A stretch of 64,000 nucleotides of DNA, from positions 6,214 through 70,213 of the forward strand of contig JACZRQ010000001.1 of the NCBI GenBank assembly GCA_022574655.1. Reading direction: 5' to 3'. The translations under genes and the position numbers were made by a program. The notes below the pieces were generated by a model. That model ran no database searches and was not told where the DNA came from. It saw only the letters and a list, made by a program, of their open reading frames with translations. Position 1 is the stretch's first letter, and the number at the start of each line of letters is the position of its first letter. Below are positions 1 through 10,002 of this stretch, piece after piece. This stretch comes from Chloroflexota bacterium (lineage in GTDB: Bacteria; Chloroflexota; Dehalococcoidia; SM23-28-2; RBG-16-64-32).

Positions 1-1319
1 AGTATTTCGGTGGGCGCCATGATGACGCCCTGGTAGCCGCTCTTGACGGCTGCGAGCAGCGCCGCGGCGGCGACGACGGTCTTACCGCTTCCGACATCAC
101 CTTCGAGCAGTCGGTTCATAGCAACGCCACCACCGATGTTCGCCAGGATCGCAGCGATCGCTTTTTCCTGCGCTCCAGTCAGCGGGAACGGCAGCGACCG
201 TACGAAGCCGTCACGTGTTTCGTCGGGCAGCTCAAGCGCGGGCGCGCCGCCTCGCGATTCCCATTCCCGCCGCCGCCGAACGACGCCGATCTCGATGAAC
301 AGCAGTTCCTCGAACGCGAACCGGTTTCGGGCCGCCTCCGCATCCTCCAGTGAGTCTGGAGCGTGAATCTGGCGAATGGCGTCCGGCGAGGCCCAAAGGT
401 CGAACCGCTCTCGTATGGCGTCTGGTATCGGGTCAGTGAGACGACCGGCGAAGTTGTCCAGCGCGTGCTGGATTGCTGAGCGAATCATCCCCTGAGTCAG
501 CTTGTCGGTCGATTTGTACACCGGGACGAGCCGGCGCTGACGCAAGGACTCATCGTCAATGTCATGAATCTCGGGACCGTCCATCTGCAAGCGACCGCGG
601 TAGTGGGAGACTTTCCCGCTGAGGGCGATCTTCTCGCCCTGCCTCAACCGGCGCGCCACCCAGGGTTGTCCCCACCAGATCGCGCGCAAGGTTCCGGTCT
701 CGTCGCCGATGATGGCCTCGGCAGCTCTTCTCCGGCCGATCGGCTTGACGCCGACGGACCAAATTTCGCCCATGACCGTTTGCTCGCCGTCCGGCTCAAG
801 TTCGGCTATGGGTCGTAGCTCGGAATAGTCGTGGTAGCGCGTCGGGAAGTGGTAGAGGAGATCGCGAACGGACGAGACGCCGATCTTAGCGAATTTCTGC
901 TCAACCGCCCGGGTGATGCCGGGGAGAACGCTTACGGGCGAGTTGAGCGTTCCGATTATTTCCTGTGGAGCGGGCTTGGCCGGAGACTTCGGCTTCGCCT
1001 TTGAGACGGGCGTCGATTTACGAGGCTTTGGTGGCGGAGACTTCGGCTCGGACGTGCGAGGGGTCGGCGGGATACCGTTCTCCGAGGCAGCTGAAAGCTC
1101 GTCCACGACGCGCTTTCTCTGGATCGGATGCAGGGAGCGGTAGCCGCCGAAGGGCAGGGACTTCAGGATCTTGGTGATCTTGTGCGATGGGGAGAGGGAG
1201 GACCCTTGTGCGAAGTTGAGCAAGTAGCCGTCGAGACCACCGACGACGGCTGTGTCTCTAAATTTTCGCTGGCGTTCCAGCGCCAGTATTTTCCTGAGTT
1301 GTTCGACCGCCTCCGTCAA
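1..1319 (-). CDS. recG: ATP-dependent DNA helicase RecG (partial, runs off window start; absent from ORF track)
   Basis: Manual minus-strand translation: TTG start, MTEAVEQLRKILALERQRKFRDTAVVGGLDG. The same frame at the window edge reads FPLTGAQEKAI...MNRLLEGDVGSGKTVVA...IMAPTEI (RecG motifs I/Ia). Confidence 0.93.
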   Translation of the reverse strand, partial: MTEAVEQLRKILALERQRKFRDTAVVGGLDGYLLNFAQGSSLSPSHKITKILKSLPFGGYRSLHPIQRKRVVDELSAASENGIPPTPRTSEPKSPPPKPRKSTPVSKAKPKSPAKPAPQEIIGTLNSPVSVLPGITRAVEQKFAKIGVSSVRDLLYHFPTRYHDYSELRPIAELEPDGEQTVMGEIWSVGVKPIGRRRAAEAIIGDETGTLRAIWWGQPWVARRLRQGEKIALSGKVSHYRGRLQMDGPEIHDIDDESLRQRRLVPVYKSTDKLTQGMIRSAIQHALDNFAGRLTDPIPDAIRERFDLWASPDAIRQIHAPDSLEDAEAARNRFAFEELLFIEIGVVRRRREWESRGGAPALELPDETRDGFVRSLPFPLTGAQEKAIAAILANIGGGVAMNRLLEGDVGSGKTVVAAAALLAAVKSGYQGVIMAPTEI

Positions 1320-1326
1320 GGCGGGA

Positions 1327-2169
1327 TCACTCCCCCTGGAGCACACCCAGTCCCAACACACCGGGCCCACCGTGCACGCCGAGCACGGGTCCCAGCCTGC
1401 TGATCTCAATCTGGACACCGGACACGCCAGACGCCAACTTCTGCCGCAATTCCTCAGCCTCGTGAGGGTTGGTCGAATAAGCGATCCCAAATTTGGCGAC
1501 GTTCGGGTAGGAGGTGGCGATTTGGTACAACTTCTCCATCACTTTCTTCTTGGTGCGAATCCTCTCCTCGGGGACGAATTCGCCGTCCCGGATCGCGAGC
1601 AGTGGCTTGACCTTCAGCACGGAACCCAGGAAGGCACGAGCGCGGCCGATGCGTCCACCCCTCCGAACATATTCGAGCGTGTCAAAGACGATGAAGAGAT
1701 GCACGCGGGGAATCATATCGTCGATGATCTGCCTGATCTCCTCGACGGTGGCCCCATTGGCAGCAGCCCTAGCCGCCGCGCTCACAAGAAAGGCTATGCC
1801 CTGTGACAAGAAACCCGAGTCTACCACTTCTATTTTCGCGCCGCTGTCCGAGAGGTGACGAGCTGCCTGAGTGGCGTTGTTGCACGTCACCGACATCTTC
1901 GCCGAGAGGTGAATCGAGACGATCTCGTCGGTTTCCTTGAGGACTTCCTCGTATGCCGTTATGAATTCGCCGACCGAGGGTGCTGACGTCGTGGGTAGGT
2001 CTTTACTGCGAACGAGTCTGTCGTAGAAGAGGTCGTGACTTATGTCGATCCCCTCTCGAAGCGATTCCTCGCCGAAGACGACGCTCAGAGGAACGACGGA
2101 AACGCCCAGCTCCGCTGCCATTTCCGGCAGGAGATCGGCAGTGCTATCTGTGACAATACGTACGGTCAA
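1327..2169 (-). CDS. DegV family fatty-acid binding protein (FakB-like)
   Basis: IVTDSTADL, PTTSAPS, LEYVRRGGRIG and GVHGGPG DegV motifs; adjacent to a DAK2 gene. Confidence 0.93.
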   Translation of the reverse strand: MTVRIVTDSTADLLPEMAAELGVSVVPLSVVFGEESLREGIDISHDLFYDRLVRSKDLPTTSAPSVGEFITAYEEVLKETDEIVSIHLSAKMSVTCNNATQAARHLSDSGAKIEVVDSGFLSQGIAFLVSAAARAAANGATVEEIRQIIDDMIPRVHLFIVFDTLEYVRRGGRIGRARAFLGSVLKVKPLLAIRDGEFVPEERIRTKKKVMEKLYQIATSYPNVAKFGIAYSTNPHEAEELRQKLASGVSGVQIEISRLGPVLGVHGGPGVLGLGVLQGE

Positions 2170-2230
2170 TCCGGATACCTACGCGGTAGTATATCAGCCG
2201 CGATCAACGCGTGAACACGCGACTGGCACA

Positions 2231-3895
2231 TCACTCGACAGAGATTATGTAGTCATAGTGTGGCTGGCCGCCGAAGACGATTTCGATTTCATGGCTTTCG
2301 AACGCCGCCTGGGCGAGCTTTCCGAGCTTATTCGCATCGGATTTGGTCCTGTCGCCACCGTAGTAGATACAGATCAAGCTTGTGTCATCGCCAACCGCCT
2401 CGGTCAGAGCCTGTATAGCGGCATCTTCGGCTGATTCAGCTGCGGTCGTTAGCTCGTCGTCGACTATGGCGATCGCCTGGCCCTCCCGCACGTCGACGCC
2501 ACCAATTGTCGTTGAGCGCACGGCTTTCGTCACTTCTACGGTCTGGACAGCCTCGATGGCGCTTTCCATCGCTCGAGCGTTGTCGTCGAAGCTGTCATCG
2601 GGGTTGATTGCCAAGGCGGCGGCGATCCCCTGAGGCACAGATCGTGATTGAACGACCCGAACCCGCTTCGAGGCGAGTTTCGTCGCCTGCTGGGCGGCGA
2701 GAACGACGTTCTTGTCGTTTGGCAGCACCACAACGTCATCCGTGGGACAGGCTTCGATCGCATCGACGATCTCTTGCGTGCTCGGGTTCATCGTTGGGCC
2801 GCCGCTGACGATCCTGGTCCCGCCTACGCTCCCGAAGACGCTTGCCATACCATCACCTGCTACGACCACCACACAACTGAGCGAGCCGATGACTGGCGGA
2901 ACGGGCGTGACATCGCGCGCGAGTGCCTCGCTCTGCTCCCGCACGAATCGCTCGGCCTGCTCCCTTATGTTGTCTACCTTGACCTGTCGCAAGCTTCCGA
3001 TCTCCGTTCCAAGAGAGAGTACGGCGCCGGGATCGTCAGTGTGGACGTGAACCCGTACCAATGTCTGATCGCCAACGACCAGCACGGAGTCGCCGAGAGT
3101 CTCGATTCGTTCCCGGACGGGCTGGATCTCCAGACGATCTCCACCGATCAAGACTTCGGTGCAGTAGCCATAAGCTGACTCTTCGGTTGCGTGCCGTTCA
3201 TCGGTCATTGAGAGCCACTGCTCTTCTACCGCCCCGGCGGCCGACGGAACATCCGCCGGTTCTCCTCGCAGGTGGCGCAGCATCCCTTCGAACAACACCT
3301 GCAACCCGAGGCCACCGGCATCGACGACGCCTGCTTCGGCAAGCACCGGAAGCAACGTCGGTGTCCTTTCGACGCTCGCCTTCGCAGTTTCAACGGCGAT
3401 CTCCAGACTGGACTCGACGTCAGGGGAACCGCCGTTGCTGGCTTGCCTAACCGCCTCCGCCACTTCCCGAATGACGGTCAGGATCGTCCCTTCCGCGGGC
3501 TTGGTCACGGCCTTGTAAGCGGCGGTCGACGCCGATTCGAGGGCGGCGGCGAAAAGGGAAGAGTCGAGCCGCGCCGCGCTGCCGATAGCGCTGGCCATGC
3601 CACTGACGATCTGCGAAAGAATGACGCCCGAGTTGCCGCGCGCGCCCATTAGAGCGCCGTGGGACATGGCAGCCAGCATTGCGCCGGCGCCTTCGTCCTG
3701 GCAGCTGTCAGCCTCACGCATGGTAGACCGCATGGTGAGGAGCATGTTCGTGCCCGTATCGCCATCGGGCACGGGAAAGACGTTGACGGCGTTCACTTGC
3801 TCTGAGTTGACCTCGAGCCAGGCGGTAGCGGCCGCGAACATCTCCCTGAGCTGAGGGCCGCCTAGCGACTCTACAGAATGCGCGGGGTCAGTCAT
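2231..3895 (-). CDS. DAK2 domain protein / fatty acid kinase subunit A-like
   Basis: NVFPVPDGDTGTNM, GARGNSGVILSQ, YGYCTE, VHVHTDDPG, GGQPHY; start uncertain (3895 or 3910). Confidence 0.92.
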   Translation of the reverse strand: MTDPAHSVESLGGPQLREMFAAATAWLEVNSEQVNAVNVFPVPDGDTGTNMLLTMRSTMREADSCQDEGAGAMLAAMSHGALMGARGNSGVILSQIVSGMASAIGSAARLDSSLFAAALESASTAAYKAVTKPAEGTILTVIREVAEAVRQASNGGSPDVESSLEIAVETAKASVERTPTLLPVLAEAGVVDAGGLGLQVLFEGMLRHLRGEPADVPSAAGAVEEQWLSMTDERHATEESAYGYCTEVLIGGDRLEIQPVRERIETLGDSVLVVGDQTLVRVHVHTDDPGAVLSLGTEIGSLRQVKVDNIREQAERFVREQSEALARDVTPVPPVIGSLSCVVVVAGDGMASVFGSVGGTRIVSGGPTMNPSTQEIVDAIEACPTDDVVVLPNDKNVVLAAQQATKLASKRVRVVQSRSVPQGIAAALAINPDDSFDDNARAMESAIEAVQTVEVTKAVRSTTIGGVDVREGQAIAIVDDELTTAAESAEDAAIQALTEAVGDDTSLICIYYGGDRTKSDANKLGKLAQAAFESHEIEIVFGGQPHYDYIISVE

Positions 3896-4022
3896 ATCGC
3901 CTCGAGTCACGAATCACGCGGTGAGTTTGGACGAGTTTCATTGCCCACAAGTAAGCGCGATGATACCATACTCGCTGCGGATTCTATCCGGGCGAACAAG
4001 GCCCGACAGAGGTGACAAACAA

Positions 4023-4232
4023 TTGGCAAGATGCGAGGTCTGCGGTAAAGGCACAGCCTTCGGCCGCAGGATCAGACACAAACACTCCGGTCGCTGGGAG
4101 CGCAAGGCCCCCAAGACGAACCGCACGTTCAAGGCGAACGTGCAGAAGAAGACGTTCGTAGTCGAAGGCGTGCCGGTCCGCGTGAAAATTTGCACGCGCT
4201 GCCTCCGCACTATGGTTAAGACCCGCGCTTAA
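4023..4232 (+). CDS. rpmB: 50S ribosomal protein L28 (Cys-containing, zinc-ribbon type)
   Basis: TTG start after a GAGGTG RBS; MARCEVCGKGTAFG...RTFKANVQ...ICTRCLRT; divergent from the DAK2 gene. Confidence 0.93.
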   Translation: MARCEVCGKGTAFGRRIRHKHSGRWERKAPKTNRTFKANVQKKTFVVEGVPVRVKICTRCLRTMVKTRA

Positions 4233-4346
4233 GCGGGCAACTCTACTCACTGCCGAGCGCCACACCCAGACCTGGAAGGCCATGAATGGAACTTCGCCAC
4301 GCACATCCGCGACGTGCCGATCGACGAACTGAAGCCACCGGCGTAG
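4233..4346 (+). pseudogene. 3' remnant of a VOC/glyoxalase-family gene
   Basis: Reads ...DLEGHEWNFATHIRDVPIDELKPPA*, resembling VOC C-termini (DxxGHxWxxATHxxDV). No start codon; the frame is closed upstream by the rpmB stop. Confidence 0.5.
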
Positions 4347-4350
4347 GAAT

Positions 4351-4710
4351 GTGAGCCAAGATCCACTTGAGCGTCTGCGGAAGATCTGCCTGGCGCTGCC
4401 CGAGTCGACGGAAAAGGAGACGTGGGAGACGCCCACCTTCCGTGTGCGAAATAAGTTGTTCGCGATGTTCAGGGCAGAGCAGCGAGGCGAGGGCCGCATC
4501 GGCGTCTGGTGCAAGGGCGCGCCGGGGGCTCAGGACGTGCTCGTCGGCGCGGACCCGGAGCGCTTCTTCGTACCGCCGTACGTCGGCCGCAACGGTTGGA
4601 TCGGAATCTATCTCGACGACGGTGTAGATTGGAAGGCTGTCGCAGCGCTGGTTACGGACAGCTTCGTGATGACGGCGCCGAAGAAGGTGGCGGCGCTGCT
4701 CGATCAGTAG
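4351..4710 (+). CDS. MmcQ/YjbR family protein
   Basis: RLRKICLALPE...WETPTFRVRNKLFAM...RFFVPPYVGRNGWIG pattern. Confidence 0.85.
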   Translation: MSQDPLERLRKICLALPESTEKETWETPTFRVRNKLFAMFRAEQRGEGRIGVWCKGAPGAQDVLVGADPERFFVPPYVGRNGWIGIYLDDGVDWKAVAALVTDSFVMTAPKKVAALLDQ

Positions 4711-4724
4711 GTAAGGACGCCGGT

Positions 4725-5399
4725 CTAGTCGCGCGCGGACGCAACGGCGGCGCGGAGGGCCTTGATGTTTTCGGCGACCGAGGCGCGATCGTTGAACACG
4801 GCCGAGGCGCTGACGAGGACGTTTGCGCCCGCGAGGACGCAGCCAGCGGCGGTCTGGACGTTGACGCCACCGTCGACTTCGATCTCGGTGCTGAGCCTCC
4901 GCGAGTCGATCAACTCCCGCAAGCGTTTCACCTTCGGCAGCGCACTCTCGATGAACTTCTGGCCGGACGCGCCGGGGTTCACCGCCATCACCATCACTTG
5001 ATCGATTTCGGGCAGTATCTGCTCGATCTCGCTGACGGGCGTCGCGGGGTTCAGGCAGACGCCCGCCTTCTTCCCGCGACCGTGCACCTCCTGCACGATC
5101 CGGTGGAGGTGGGTCGCTGCCTCGACGTGGACGTTGATGATGTCGGCACCGACGTCCATGAACGTACCGACGTGCTTCTCCGGCTCGACGATCATCAGGT
5201 GGATGTCCAGCACGAGACCCGTCGTCCGGCGCACGGCCTCGACGATGGGGGAACCGATCGTGATGACGGGAACGAAACGCCCGTCCATGATGTCGATGTG
5301 GAGATACTCGGCGCCCGCGGCTTCGCACTCCTTGATCTGCTCGCCCAGCCGCAAGAGATCCGCCGAAACGATCGAAGGGGCAATCTTAATCTGACTCAC
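4725..5399 (-). CDS. rpe: ribulose-phosphate 3-epimerase
   Basis: IAPSIVSAD, LHIDIMDGRFVP, DIHLM, MAVNPG, EVDGGV; start overlaps the argH stop. Confidence 0.96.
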   Translation of the reverse strand: MSQIKIAPSIVSADLLRLGEQIKECEAAGAEYLHIDIMDGRFVPVITIGSPIVEAVRRTTGLVLDIHLMIVEPEKHVGTFMDVGADIINVHVEAATHLHRIVQEVHGRGKKAGVCLNPATPVSEIEQILPEIDQVMVMAVNPGASGQKFIESALPKVKRLRELIDSRRLSTEIEVDGGVNVQTAAGCVLAGANVLVSASAVFNDRASVAENIKALRAAVASARD

Positions 5400-6781
5400 G
5401 ATTGTCCCTCAAGCCGCTTCCGTGCTTCGGCGAGGGCGGCTTCTACACGGTTGGGCGCCGTACCGCCGGGCACGTCGCGGGCGGCGATAGACGAACGAAC
5501 ATCGAGCGATAGGATGTCGTCCTCGAACAGCGGCGAGCAGGCGCGGAAATCGGCGAGCGTGAGTTCGTGCAGGCCCTTCCCGGAGTCCTGCGCAGACGCC
5601 ACGAGCTTCGTGACCGCCTGGTGCGCGTCGCGGAAGGGCATGCCTTTGCGAACGAGGTAGTCGGCCACGTCCGTCGCCAAAGTGTACGAGCCTGCCGCTG
5701 CTTCCTCAGATTTGGCGGCGTCGATCTGAAGCGCCGGGATCATCGCCGCTAGAACTTCTAGCGTCGGCAGGAGCGTGTCGACCGTGTCGAACAGCGGCTC
5801 TTTGTCCTCTTGCAGGTCGCGGTTGTAGGCCAGCGGCAGCCCCTTCAGCGTCGTGAGGATCGCGATCAGGTTGCCGTATACACGGCCGGTGCGGCCGCGG
5901 GCCAGCTCGGCGATGTCCGGATTGCGTTTCTGCGGCATGATGCTGGAACCGGTCGCGAACTGCGGCGGCAGCTTCAGGAAGCCAAACTCAGCGCTGGACC
6001 AGACGATGATATCTTCGCACAGCCGCGAGAGGTGCATCATTATGGTCGCGGCGGCGGCGTGGAAGTCGATAACGAAGTCGCGGTCCGAGACAGCGTCGAT
6101 GCTGTTGCGGCTGACGCGGCTAAAGCCAAGCTCCTTCGCGACGAAGTCACGATCGATGTCGTACGGCACGCCGGCGAGCGCACCGGAACCGAGCGGCAGC
6201 TCATCTGCATTTTCGCGAGCGACAGTGAAGCGGCGGACGTCGCGATCGAGCATCTCGAAGTACGCGAGCAGATGATGCGCGAGAAGCACGGGCTGCGCCC
6301 GCTGCAGGTGGGTGTAACCGGGCACAACGACATCGCGGTTCGCCTCGGCTAGCTGTAGCAGGGCCGATTGAAGCGCCCTGGTCCCCGCGACCGTATCCTC
6401 ACACGCCTGCATCACGAACAACCGCATGTCGGTCGCGACCTGGTCGTTGCGGGAGCGCGCTGTGTGTAGACGTGCGGCGGCATCGCCGATCTTTTCCCGC
6501 AGTCTCACCTCGATGTTGAGGTGGACGTCCTCTAGCTCCTCACGCCAAGGGAAGGTATCGCTCTCGATCTCCCGCCGGATGTCTTCGAGACCGCGCACGA
6601 TCGAGTCTGCGTCTTCGGTCGAGATGATCGCTTGTTTGCCGAGCATCCGGGCGTGCGCGATCGACCCAGCGATGTCATCGCGGTAGAGCCTGCGATCGTA
6701 GGCTATCGAAGCGCTGTACTTGAGGGCGCGGCGATCGAGGCCGCTCGCGGTCGGGCTCTTGGCGGACGAGTCGTCAGCCAT
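5396..6781 (-). CDS. argH: argininosuccinate lyase
   Basis: HTARSRNDQ, PGYTHLQRAQP, TGSSIMPQKRNPD, YNRDLQEDKE. Confidence 0.97.
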   Translation of the reverse strand: MADDSSAKSPTASGLDRRALKYSASIAYDRRLYRDDIAGSIAHARMLGKQAIISTEDADSIVRGLEDIRREIESDTFPWREELEDVHLNIEVRLREKIGDAAARLHTARSRNDQVATDMRLFVMQACEDTVAGTRALQSALLQLAEANRDVVVPGYTHLQRAQPVLLAHHLLAYFEMLDRDVRRFTVARENADELPLGSGALAGVPYDIDRDFVAKELGFSRVSRNSIDAVSDRDFVIDFHAAAATIMMHLSRLCEDIIVWSSAEFGFLKLPPQFATGSSIMPQKRNPDIAELARGRTGRVYGNLIAILTTLKGLPLAYNRDLQEDKEPLFDTVDTLLPTLEVLAAMIPALQIDAAKSEEAAAGSYTLATDVADYLVRKGMPFRDAHQAVTKLVASAQDSGKGLHELTLADFRACSPLFEDDILSLDVRSSIAARDVPGGTAPNRVEAALAEARKRLEGQS

Positions 6782-7568
6782 CGGCGCGGCCATTCGCAAA
6801 GAGGGGGATGCTCCTGATGTCGGCGAGCGTTGAGATGGTGTAGTCGGGCACGGGGCCGGGTTCGTCTTCGGCAGGCTCGTCCTCGGTCTCCTCGACGGGC
6901 TCGTCCTTCACAGGCTTGCGCCAGACGGCGACCATGCCGAGCGCCTTCGATCCGCCAACGTCCGCATGGAGGCTATCGCCGACCATGGCGGCCTGATTCG
7001 CTTCGAGGTTCAGTTCTCCGAGTGCCAGTTCGTAAATCATGGGATGCGGTTTCATGTAGCCGACATCACAGGAGATGACGGTGGTCTCGAAGAGGTCGGT
7101 CAGCCCGAGGTCGGCCAGCTCCTGGTGGAAGCGCGGTCCGCTGTGGCCGCGGTTAGTGACACACCCAATCCGATACCCTTTGTCCCGCAGCCAGTGCAGC
7201 GTATCGAGCGCGTCCGGGAACAGCTTACGACCGAGAAAGGCGCCACCGAGGTTCCAGGTGTCCCACAGCTCTTCGCCTTGCTCCCGGGTTAGCTCCATGT
7301 CATGTTCCGCAGCGACCTTGCGACAGAGCGCCGGATAGCCGGGATCGATGCTGTCGCCGTGGAAAGCGCGGTGTGTTGCATCCTCGATCGAAAGGCGGAT
7401 GTCACGTCCGAGGTAGAAGCGGCCATCCGTGAACTCATGGCCCCAGCTTTCGACCAGACGTTTGAGACGCGAAACAGTCTCTCGCCGAATGACCTTGCCG
7501 GGCGGCATGCTTGGGAAGTGCCAAAGCGTGTCGCCGAGATCGAACAGGACCGCCTTGATCTCGCTCAC
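6774..7568 (-). CDS. HAD family hydrolase (subfamily IA)
   Basis: FDLGDTL motif I, VTN motif II, KPHP motif III, VGDSLHADVGG motif IV. Confidence 0.9.
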   Translation of the reverse strand: MSEIKAVLFDLGDTLWHFPSMPPGKVIRRETVSRLKRLVESWGHEFTDGRFYLGRDIRLSIEDATHRAFHGDSIDPGYPALCRKVAAEHDMELTREQGEELWDTWNLGGAFLGRKLFPDALDTLHWLRDKGYRIGCVTNRGHSGPRFHQELADLGLTDLFETTVISCDVGYMKPHPMIYELALGELNLEANQAAMVGDSLHADVGGSKALGMVAVWRKPVKDEPVEETEDEPAEDEPGPVPDYTISTLADIRSIPLFANGRADG

Positions 7569-8773
7569 GCGCCGTCAACCTCGCCCAAGTCCTGAGCCTT
7601 CGCCTGTACGCGGACGGGCAAGCCCCAGATGTCGATGAATCCCACGGCGGAGGTGCGGTCGAACTCGTCGCCTTTGTCGTAGGTCGCCAGAGCGAAGTCG
7701 TACAGGCTTTTCGGCGATTTGCGGCCGACAACCGTCGCGACGCCCTTGTGTAGCCGCAGGCGAACCTCGCCTGTGACGTGCCGCTGGGTGGCCCGAACGT
7801 ACGCTTCGAGGTCCTTGTGGTGTGCGGAGAACCAGAGGCCGTTGTACACGAGCTCGGCGTACTCCTGCGCGATGCGGGCCTTCAGCCGGCGCTGGTCCTT
7901 CGAAAGCGTGAGAGCCTCGAGGGCGTCGTGTGCCGCGAGGAGCGTGATTCCGGCGGGCGCTTCGTAGATCTCACGAGATTTGATGCCGACGAGCCGGTCC
8001 TCAACCCGATCGAGGCGACCGACGCCGTGCTCACCCGCGAGGGCGTTCAACTGCTTGACGAGCGAGACGGGATCGACCTCTTTACCATCGACAGAGACGG
8101 GAGCGCCCTTCTCGAAACCGATCTCGACGTACGCCGGTTCGTCTGGCGCCTCAGCGGGCGACTTCGTCCAAGCGTAGACGTCCGCGGGCGGTTCCTGCCA
8201 CGGGTCCTCGAGGACGCCGCACTCGATGCTGCGTCCCCAGAGGTTCTCGTCGATGCTGTAAGGACTCGCCTTGGTCACTTCAATTGGGATCGAGTGTTCG
8301 TGTGCGTAGGCGATCTCCGACTCGCGGTCCATCTCCCACTCGCGCAGAGGCGCAACGACCTTGAGGTCGGGCGCCAGCGCTCCTACCGATACGTCGAGGC
8401 GGACCTGATCGTTGCCCTTCGCAGTACAGCCGTGAGCGACGGCGGTCGCGCCTTCGGCCCTCGCCACGGCAACCATCTCACGAGCGATCAACGGGCGAGA
8501 GAGCGCCGTCGCGAGCGGGTATCCCTGGTAGCGTGCGCCGGCGGCGAGCGCCGGGAAGACGAAGTGGCGGATGAACGTCTCCTGGCAGTCCGCCCATTGG
8601 TAGCCGACCGCTCCGGCGGTCATCGCCCGCGACTGGAGCGTCTCCCGATCGCGGTCCATGCCGACGTCGACGGTCAGTGCGACGACGTCGTATCCGCGCT
8701 CTTCCTTGAGCCAGCGTATGGCGATGGACGTGTCCAGTCCGCCGGAGTACGCCAGTATGATCTTCTCAGCCAT
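7565..8773 (-). CDS. argG: argininosuccinate synthase
   Basis: LAYSGGLDTS, HGCTAKGNDQVR, YSIDENLWGRSIE, GIKSREIYEAP. Confidence 0.97.
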   Translation of the reverse strand: MAEKIILAYSGGLDTSIAIRWLKEERGYDVVALTVDVGMDRDRETLQSRAMTAGAVGYQWADCQETFIRHFVFPALAAGARYQGYPLATALSRPLIAREMVAVARAEGATAVAHGCTAKGNDQVRLDVSVGALAPDLKVVAPLREWEMDRESEIAYAHEHSIPIEVTKASPYSIDENLWGRSIECGVLEDPWQEPPADVYAWTKSPAEAPDEPAYVEIGFEKGAPVSVDGKEVDPVSLVKQLNALAGEHGVGRLDRVEDRLVGIKSREIYEAPAGITLLAAHDALEALTLSKDQRRLKARIAQEYAELVYNGLWFSAHHKDLEAYVRATQRHVTGEVRLRLHKGVATVVGRKSPKSLYDFALATYDKGDEFDRTSAVGFIDIWGLPVRVQAKAQDLGEVDGA

Positions 8774-8784
8774 AGTTATTCCTT

Positions 8785-10002
8785 CTACTTTGGTGGGCCA
8801 GAATCGAGGCCTGCAAGCACAGCATCCAGTATCTCCATCGCACGATCGATCTCTTCCTCGCTGACGGTGAGTGGTGGCACCATTCGCAGTGCAGTCGGCT
8901 TAACGTTGTTCACGATCAGCCCAGCCTCCAGACACTGTGCCAGAATCTCTTCGCTGACAGGCCGATCCAGCTCTATCGCCAAGAAGAGGCCCTTACCGCG
9001 CACTTCCGTGACGATCTCGTGACGGTCGGCGAGCGATTGTAGCTTCCGTTCCATGTACTCGCCGCTGCGCGCCGCTTGAGCTGGGATATCGTGATCCAGC
9101 ATGTACTTCGTGACGGTGTAACCGACTTCGCAGGCGAGAGGACCACCTCCGAACGTAGTGCCGTGCTCGCCAAAACCGAGCGACGCGCAGTGCTCTTTGG
9201 TTAGAAACGCGCCGATGGGGAATCCGCTGCCGAGCCCTTTGGCGACGGCGATTACGTCCGGCTCGATACCGTAGTGCTGGTAGGCGAACATCTTGCCGGT
9301 TCGTCCCATGCCGCTTTGGACCTCGTCGAGGATCATGAGAATGCCGGCCTCGTCACACCAACGGCGGAGGGCCGGGAGGTACTCGTCGGCAGGCACGATG
9401 ACACCAGCCTCGCCCTGCACAGGCTCGATCAGCACAGCCACGGTCTTGGTGCTCGTCGCCTGTTTGATGGCATCGATATCGTCGAAGGGGACGCGGACGA
9501 AGCCCTCGACCAGAGGCGTGAATGGAGCGCGGTACTTCTCCGTGCCGCCCGCTGTAATGGCGGTAATCGTCCGGCCGTGAAACGCTCCTTCAGCGACGAT
9601 GATCTCGTACGCTCCTTCGCGCTTCTCCTTACCCCACTTGCGGGCGAGCTTGACGCAGCCTTCGACGGCCTCGGCGCCGCTGTTGCAGAAGAAGGCACGA
9701 TCCATGCCCGAGGCTTCGCAAAGGAGTTGCGCGAGCTTCGTCTGTGGTTCGGTGTAGAAGTAGTTAGAGGTGAGCATCAGCGTGCGGGCCTGCCGCTCGA
9801 TGGCGGCGACTACGTCGGGATGACAGTGGCCGAGACTGACGACGGCGATGCCGCCGAGGAAGTCCAGGTATTCCTTGTCGTTGGCGTCCCAGACCTTGGT
9901 ACCCTCTCCGCGAACGAGCGTTACGGGCAGACGCTTATACGTCTGGACAACGTACTGCTTGTCCAGCGCCATCAGGTCCCGCTGCAGTGTCTCGTCCATC
10001 AT
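8785..10002 (-). CDS. argD: acetylornithine aminotransferase
   Basis: FCNSGAEA, FHGRT, EPVQGE, DEVQSGMGRTG, AKGLGSGFPIGA; ATGA overlap with the argB stop. Confidence 0.95.
   Translation of the reverse strand: MMDETLQRDLMALDKQYVVQTYKRLPVTLVRGEGTKVWDANDKEYLDFLGGIAVVSLGHCHPDVVAAIERQARTLMLTSNYFYTEPQTKLAQLLCEASGMDRAFFCNSGAEAVEGCVKLARKWGKEKREGAYEIIVAEGAFHGRTITAITAGGTEKYRAPFTPLVEGFVRVPFDDIDAIKQATSTKTVAVLIEPVQGEAGVIVPADEYLPALRRWCDEAGILMILDEVQSGMGRTGKMFAYQHYGIEPDVIAVAKGLGSGFPIGAFLTKEHCASLGFGEHGTTFGGGPLACEVGYTVTKYMLDHDIPAQAARSGEYMERKLQSLADRHEIVTEVRGKGLFLAIELDRPVSEEILAQCLEAGLIVNNVKPTALRMVPPLTVSEEEIDRAMEILDAVLAGLDSGPPK

Noticed and set aside
4243..5660. Long overlapping ORFs (361 aa minus, 383 aa plus), and similar ones over argG, argD, gltD and the GltD-like gene
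   Set aside because: Alternative-frame or antisense shadows of well-supported genes, with Arg/Ala/Gly-biased composition.
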